From Azolla caroliniana (lineage: Eukaryota; Plantae; Polypodiophyta), in NCBI GenBank assembly GCA_043228905.1, contig JBHGNT010000004.1:10974001-11038000 (forward strand): a stretch of 64,000 nt of DNA, given 5' to 3'. The position numbers were made by a program, and so were the translations under genes. The notes under the pieces were generated by a model. That model had not been told where the DNA came from and did no database searches. It saw nothing but the letters and a program-made list of their open reading frames with translations. Below are positions 58,024-64,000 of the stretch, one piece after another. Within the stretch, counting starts at the first letter, position 1, and each line of letters starts with the position of its first letter.

Positions 58024-60189
58024 AACTCGGTGAAATGTGGGTTCGGCGTGATGAGTGGAACATTATTAGGATATATCGTGAGCAAAGATGGCATTGCGGT
58101 CGATCCGGATAAAGTAAAAGCAATTTTGGGAGCACCACCGCCGGCAATTGCCAAAGCACTAAGCCGGTTTTTAGGCCAGATTCGGTGGCACATCTAGATG
58201 CTTCGTCATTTGGCCGATTTTGCGACAACCCTACATACGGTCATACACCGAATCCCATTCCAATGGACGGAGCCGGAGGATAGGGCATACCACGCACTGA
58301 AAGTGATGTTGTCACAGGCACCGGTTGTACAACCTCCGGATTGGACTAAGGAATTTCATGTGTTTGTGGACGCATTCGATATTGCCATCAGTAGATTTCT
58401 CATCCAGCTCACCCAACCATGGTGGTACCAACCAGTTTATTATGCTAGTAGGAAGCTCCCATAGGCAGAGCGAAATTACTCGACGACAGAACGAGAAGCC
58501 TCGGGGATGGTATATAGTGTAACGAAGTTCCGCCACTACCTTCTGGGACGAAAATTTTCCTTTCACATGGATCATTCGGCTTTGCTTTACTTGGTCTCCA
58601 AGTCACCCTTAACCGGCAAGCTAGCACGGTGGACACTGCTATTACAAGAGTTCAAATTCAACATCTACCATAGATTGGGAGTGCAACATGCAGTAGCAGA
58701 TTACTTGAGCCGGTTAGAATCCGGGGAGGTAGGCGACGGAGTCCGGGACGAGTTTCCGGATGCGCAGCTATTTAGGGTAACTGCGGAAAACACGGTGGAC
58801 GAGACAGTGGCCGATGAAGACAAGTGGCTTACGAATATTCATCATTTTCTGAGCTCTGGACTGCCTCCGAAGGAGTTAAACCGAGACGAGTGGAAACGGT
58901 TGGCGGTACAAAGCCATCACTTTTGTTTACTACAAGCCACGTTATACCATAAAGGAGCTGACAGAATTTGGCGACGTGCGGTCCGGAGCGACGAAAAAGA
59001 CGCAATCCTACGGGAAGCTCATCGTGAAGTGGCAAGAGGCCACTATGGCGGAGACGCAACGGCAAGGAAAATATGGAGAAGCGGATTATGGTGGCCCGCA
59101 ACACTAAAAGACGTCATCCGGTATGCAAGGGAATGTGACCTCTGTCAAAGAATGGGCCAACCAACACAGAAAGCAAGGATGCCGCATCAGTCAGTGTTAC
59201 CGTTGGATCCCTTCCAAAAATGGGGATTGGATTTTGTCGGGCCATTCAAACCACCGGTGATGAGAACTGGTAACCGGTATATTATTGTTGCAACGGATTA
59301 TTGTACAAAGTGGGTGGAAGCGCGCAATGGGCATACCGAACAACATATAATAAGACAAGTATCCGAACAACACCATTCCGGTTAGCTTCTGTATTGGAAG
59401 CGGTAATGCCTATGGAGTTTCAGATTCCAAGTTTACAAATACAGGTCCGGGAGAGGTTGAGCGAGAAAGAATCGGAAAAACTCTGGTTGTTAACATTGTG
59501 CGAGTTGGAGGAGCACTGGATAGTTTCTGTACTCCAGTTGGAGCTCGAACAAAGACGGTGGAAAGCGTTCATCAACCGGCACCGGATGGTGAATGAAAAG
59601 TTGTTCAGGATCGGCAAGGTGGTACTAGTATTCCAGACCCGGATGGGCAAGATGCCTGGAAAACTATGGTTTCGGTGGACCGGACCACACTGGATAACGC
59701 AAGAATTCAAGGGGTCCTATCAATTGGGAACATTGGCCGGTGAAATCCTAGAGACGTGGGTAAACGGTTTCCAACTGAAACCTTATCACGGACCAATGCC
59801 ACGAAATCCATTCAAGCAACCGGATGATGGAGTGGAAACCGGGAGCGGTAACCAGGAGGCACTTAAACTGGATCTGGCAGTGCCGGTTACTACGAGAATA
59901 TGGAAAAAAAAAATGAAAAGAAAAAATCATAATGAATGGACACCCCGAAATAGCGTGACATCAGCTATTTAAAGCCCACCATGCGGGTACAACCCTTATT
60001 ATGGTACACGACGTGCATGTGTGGGAACTAAGAAAAGGCGGGAAGATGGGGACACAAAACATTCGGATCACAGAAGCGTTTTCATTTCGCGAGAATAGAG
60101 TGTACAGAGAGCAGAGGCAGATATAGGTTATCCAACGCGCACAAATAGGAAGCACTGGCGCCAAAGCTCCCTAGCACAAGCGAAACCGA

Positions 60190-62660
60190 TGACGACCCTG
60201 CACCAATGGCGCTCTTTGAAATGGCAAAGAAGTGGCTAAACTAGAATGGAGTGGAGGGTTTCCTCCGGGTAGTTGAAGCACCTCCTCATGAAGAACCGGA
60301 AAAGGTCGCGTAGAAAATTGACCTTGAAGAAATCACGGAGGACGCTATCCGAGCCCTCATCGGTCTACTAGAGGGAGGGCTTTTCTCCATCGAGAATCCT
60401 TCCCTAGAGACGTTGTCAAAGTTCTTCGGCGAATACTCCCTCGCCAGCAAAGCCTACCAGACACAGGGCAGCGAAGATGCCCTGTTTCGAGAGGTAACCT
60501 GTGTGCTTCATGAATACGGCTTCACACACCCTCGCCCTCAGGCGATGCCTAAGAATAGGGTCGGTTTCATCATCGCAACATATGAAGGGATTCGAGTGGA
60601 TTGACCGGTGATCACCGTTGATTCATTGTGAGCGGCCATCGAATCGATTGTGGATGGAAAGAAGGTCTGGACAATGGTTTAGGGGAAAGAAGGTCTGGAC
60701 AATGGTGGCGCAGTGGCTCACCCTTCTCGCACCCCCGGTACTAGCCATAAAAGACAAGTAGGCACGAACGACAGAAACAATGCCCATGAAGCCATCTAAG
60801 CAGCAACAACTCCTCGCCAAGCACACTCCTAGATAGTTAGAGGGAGGATCGGCGCAAAAGGAACATGAACCATCAACACAGGCGGAAAAGGAAAAACCAA
60901 GCCGGAAACAGCAGGCGGAGAAGGAGGCGCGGACGGAGCTACTGGTGAGGCCCCTAAAAATAAAAATGCACCAGCAATCGCGAGAGCCGCCCATCTTGGC
61001 TCAAAAGATTAACATTGAAACCTAAGAGGAGGTGGACGAAGAACCCGCCGACAATCTCCAACGTCACCAGGGAAGATGCGACACGGAGGAGCACAGGGAT
61101 GGATCTGATCCAAAGAAGGACAACATACCAACTCCCCACGCCAAGGCAGGAGACTAGGCCTGTTCGGCCAGAAGCGGTGGCACCGGTTATACCAGAACCG
61201 GTGACGAAACTACACATCTCACCGGGTCGACAGGCACAACAAGAATAGGAGTTGCGGATGGAGGCAGCAGTATAGCAAGGGCTCGAGGCAAGAGCAGAGC
61301 TGGCACCACAACCGGAACCAGCGAGACAACAAGGCATCGGCAGCCAATGGCTGTGTTGGATCGAAGAGCAGGTAGCTGGGGTGGTGAGCAGCATACAAGA
61401 AGAAGAAAAAGCCGCCACCACCGAGGAATTGGAGAAGGCTCGGACACGAAGCGGGAGCTTGGAAGAAGACCTAAAAAAGGCCAAGGCAAACGCGGCCAAG
61501 GAAGTCCTTACCAGGCCAACTATATCAGAACCAGTAGCACGAGTAAATTTACAAACAAGCACTGAAGCGGTGGCTTCTACTAACCCGGAATGTAGTAACG
61601 CACGAGAGTAGGAACTTTCCAACCTAAGGGAGGAGTTAGCAGCTCAGGAGGCCTTGCGGGCTAGAGAAAGGGAGCAAAAGAAGACAACGGAGGAGGAGAA
61701 GCGGAAAATAGAAGAAAACCTCCAAAAGACTCAGGCAGCCAACGACCGGTTAAAAGAGGAAAAAGACAAAATACTGCAAAAGAAAGACAAGTTGTGCCGA
61801 ATGGCAGAAGGAGAGATTGAACGACTGAAAGAAGAGCTCCAACAACAGAAAGACAGAGAAGACCGAGCAAGAAGTAAAATCAACCAGAGGTTAAATCAGA
61901 AGACCGAGGACTTTGAAAGACTGCACTGGGATCACAAGCACTTGGAAGTAGAGCACAAGAAGTTGATGGCAGAATGTGACCGGTAGTAAGAGAAGATTAG
62001 AGAACTCCAGAATAAAGTAACCAAGAAAACGGAGGCACTGGTGGAATAACGAACAAGGCGGTTGAGTCGGCAAAGCTGCTAGAGGAAGTGGCAAGGGAAA
62101 GGACGGTGCTCACCGGACAACACTATGAAGAGATGGAACAAGCAAAATTGTCTCTTAATAGGGTTCAGACAACTTATCAACTCAATTGTTGGAAAATGGG
62201 GTGCAAGCACAAGCAACTGCGGGCCTGATAAAGAAGTTAAAGGAGGAAAAGCAGGTTGTGGAGGAGAAATCCAAGATGGGGCTCAACCAGATCCATGCCA
62301 TTGTGCTAGCATGGAAAGCAAGGACAAAGAGTATGATTGATGAAAGCTCAGTGCAATGGTGGTCAAAATGGGCACAACAAGCGGCAAAATTACAGACTCT
62401 GCGAGCGGATGCTGAGAACCAGAGAAAGGACGATGAAAAATTCTATAAGATGGATGCAGAGAGTATTGTAACCATTCGGGAAGAGTTGTTGGACGATTTT
62501 CTGTCCCTGGCAGGATAACAACTGGCGGCTGTAAGACGGCTGGTGGAACAGTTAGATCATGACCAACTCGAAACCCAACTCCAATTCGAGCGATTCAAAT
62601 GGGAGCGTAGTGAAAAGAAATGCGTGGAATATCACTCGGCCACAACCGAGTAGTAAATCA
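60190..62660 (+). pseudogene. Extra ORF of element C
   Basis: FFGEYSLASKAYQTQG...IIATYEGIRVD and IDESSVQWWSKWAQQAAKLQTLRADAEN align to element B. Confidence 0.78.
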
Positions 62661-62664
62661 CTTA

Positions 62665-64000
62665 TATAGGAATCAAACATAGAAATGGGAAGTGGAGAGT
62701 ACACAAGAAAAATTACACAGGATGTTTACATGGAAAACCCTAATAGGGAAAAACCACGAGAGCCCACAAACTCCAAACTATCACTATGAAGAGAAGGGAT
62801 ACAATCAGAGACTCGGAGGCAATGACCTCGAGCTCTGTTTCTTCGCACAATGGCGGTTACAACAGAGGATCGCTCTGTATCTCTCTCTCTCACTCTCTGT
62901 ACAACAGTTACAACAATATGACAACAACACAATCACACTCATTTCCTAAAGTGATTTCCCTAAGTCATATTTATAGTTATATGAAGTTAGGGCTATTTAC
63001 ACAATATAGCGTGAATGGGCTTATTCAAAAAATATTTACAAATTTGGTCTCTCTTCTGGTTCTCACCAGGTCCACCGATCCGGTTTTCGGATCTCTTCCG
63101 GTTCTCACCGGGTCCTCTTTATTCATTACCGGATCCCATCCGGAGGGACTAATTTCCCAACAATCTCCCCCTCAATTCCGGCATGGAATGTCTCACCAAC
63201 CCGATCCGCTTTCGGCATGCGTCTAGCTTGTCGGTTGTCAACACCTTGGTCAGCATGTCTAACTCGTTCTCCTCCATGTGGATCTTCGTTAGCACGAACT
63301 CTCGATCTTCAACTCGCTCTTGGATCCAGTGGTACTTGCGTTGGATGGGCTTCGTTCTGGAATGGTATGATGCGTTCTTTGCAAGGTGGATGACACTTTG
63401 ACTGTCGCAGTAGAGCCGGTATTCCTCTTGCTAGATCCCTAGCTCTCCGATGAAGTCCTTCATCCATAATATTTCCTTGTTGGCTTCCATGGCTGCCATG
63501 TACTCCGCCTTCGTGGTTGACAACGCAACCGTCTTCTACAGCCTCGACTACCACGAAACGGCTCCCCCTGCATAGGTCATGACATATCCTAAAGTTGACC
63601 GGCTGGTGTCCACATCAACCGACATATCTGAATCCGTAAAGCCTTCCATGAGGGGTTTACCGGAGCCGAATCAGAGGCACATACTCGAAGTTCCCTTCAA
63701 GTACCGGAGAATCCATTTTACCACATTCCAGTGCTCTTTTCCGGGGTTGGTCATGAACCGACTCACCACTCCGATTGCGTATCCAATATCCGGTCGAGTA
63801 CACACCATTGCGTACATCAAGCTCCCAACCGCAGAGGCATATGGAATCTTCATCATATCCGCCTTCTCTGCCTTTGTCTTTGGGCTTTGCTTACCAGATA
63901 ATCTGCAGTTTGCCGGGAGTATCGATCCGACCGATTTTGCTTCTGACATGTTAAACCGCTGAAGCACCTTTGTCACGTACCTTTCCTGTGACAACCACAA
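62665..64000 (-). mobile_element. 3' part of a degenerate Tork-like Copia (RT end, RNase H, PPT, 3' LTR ~62665-63162); runs off the window
   Basis: WLSQERYVTKVLQRFNM, PYASAVGSLMYAMVCTRPD; close to the 33347-38830 element; PPT complement CTCCCCCTC after 63162. Left LTR boundary approximate. Confidence 0.88.

Larger units (their letters stand above)
31925..62664 (+). mobile_element. Non-chromovirus Gypsy element C, with tandem 5' LTRs and several nested insertions; 3' end outside the window
   Basis: LTR copies 31925-32318 and 32322-32605 + 42004-42166; PBS-like TGGTGACCACGAT at ~42173; gag-PR-RT ~42220-45369 resumes at 56963 (same RT motif across TSD GCTAA) through INT ~59900; extra ORF ~60190-62660. 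Confidence 0.88.

Overview
This window is land-plant nuclear DNA, probably from a fern (inferred from the fern-like psbA 3' end and 3' UTR in a plastid-derived fragment). It consists essentially of nested retroelements, up to about five levels deep, and I can support no host gene. Contents: five Ty1/Copia elements or remnants, one of them intact and young (33347-38830); a self-priming chromovirus with heat-shock-element arrays in its LTRs (18698-24291); three related non-chromovirus Ty3/Gypsy elements (A, B, C) that share a large extra ORF after integrase; a non-autonomous LTR element (D) carrying psbA fragments and a degenerate repeat array; a 5'-truncated L1-type LINE with a long repeat-containing 3' region; and several solo LTRs. 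Most notable: where a polypurine tract should be, Gypsy elements A and B carry an inverted tRNA primer-binding site 2 nt from the 3' LTR, which suggests plus-strand priming by a second tRNA. Also notable: a lone LTR+PBS capped by four telomere repeats and flanked by a 61-bp duplication (57466-58023), resembling a captured, telomerase-extended plus-strand strong-stop cDNA. All calls are by eye from the sequence and the ORF track; no database searches were run.
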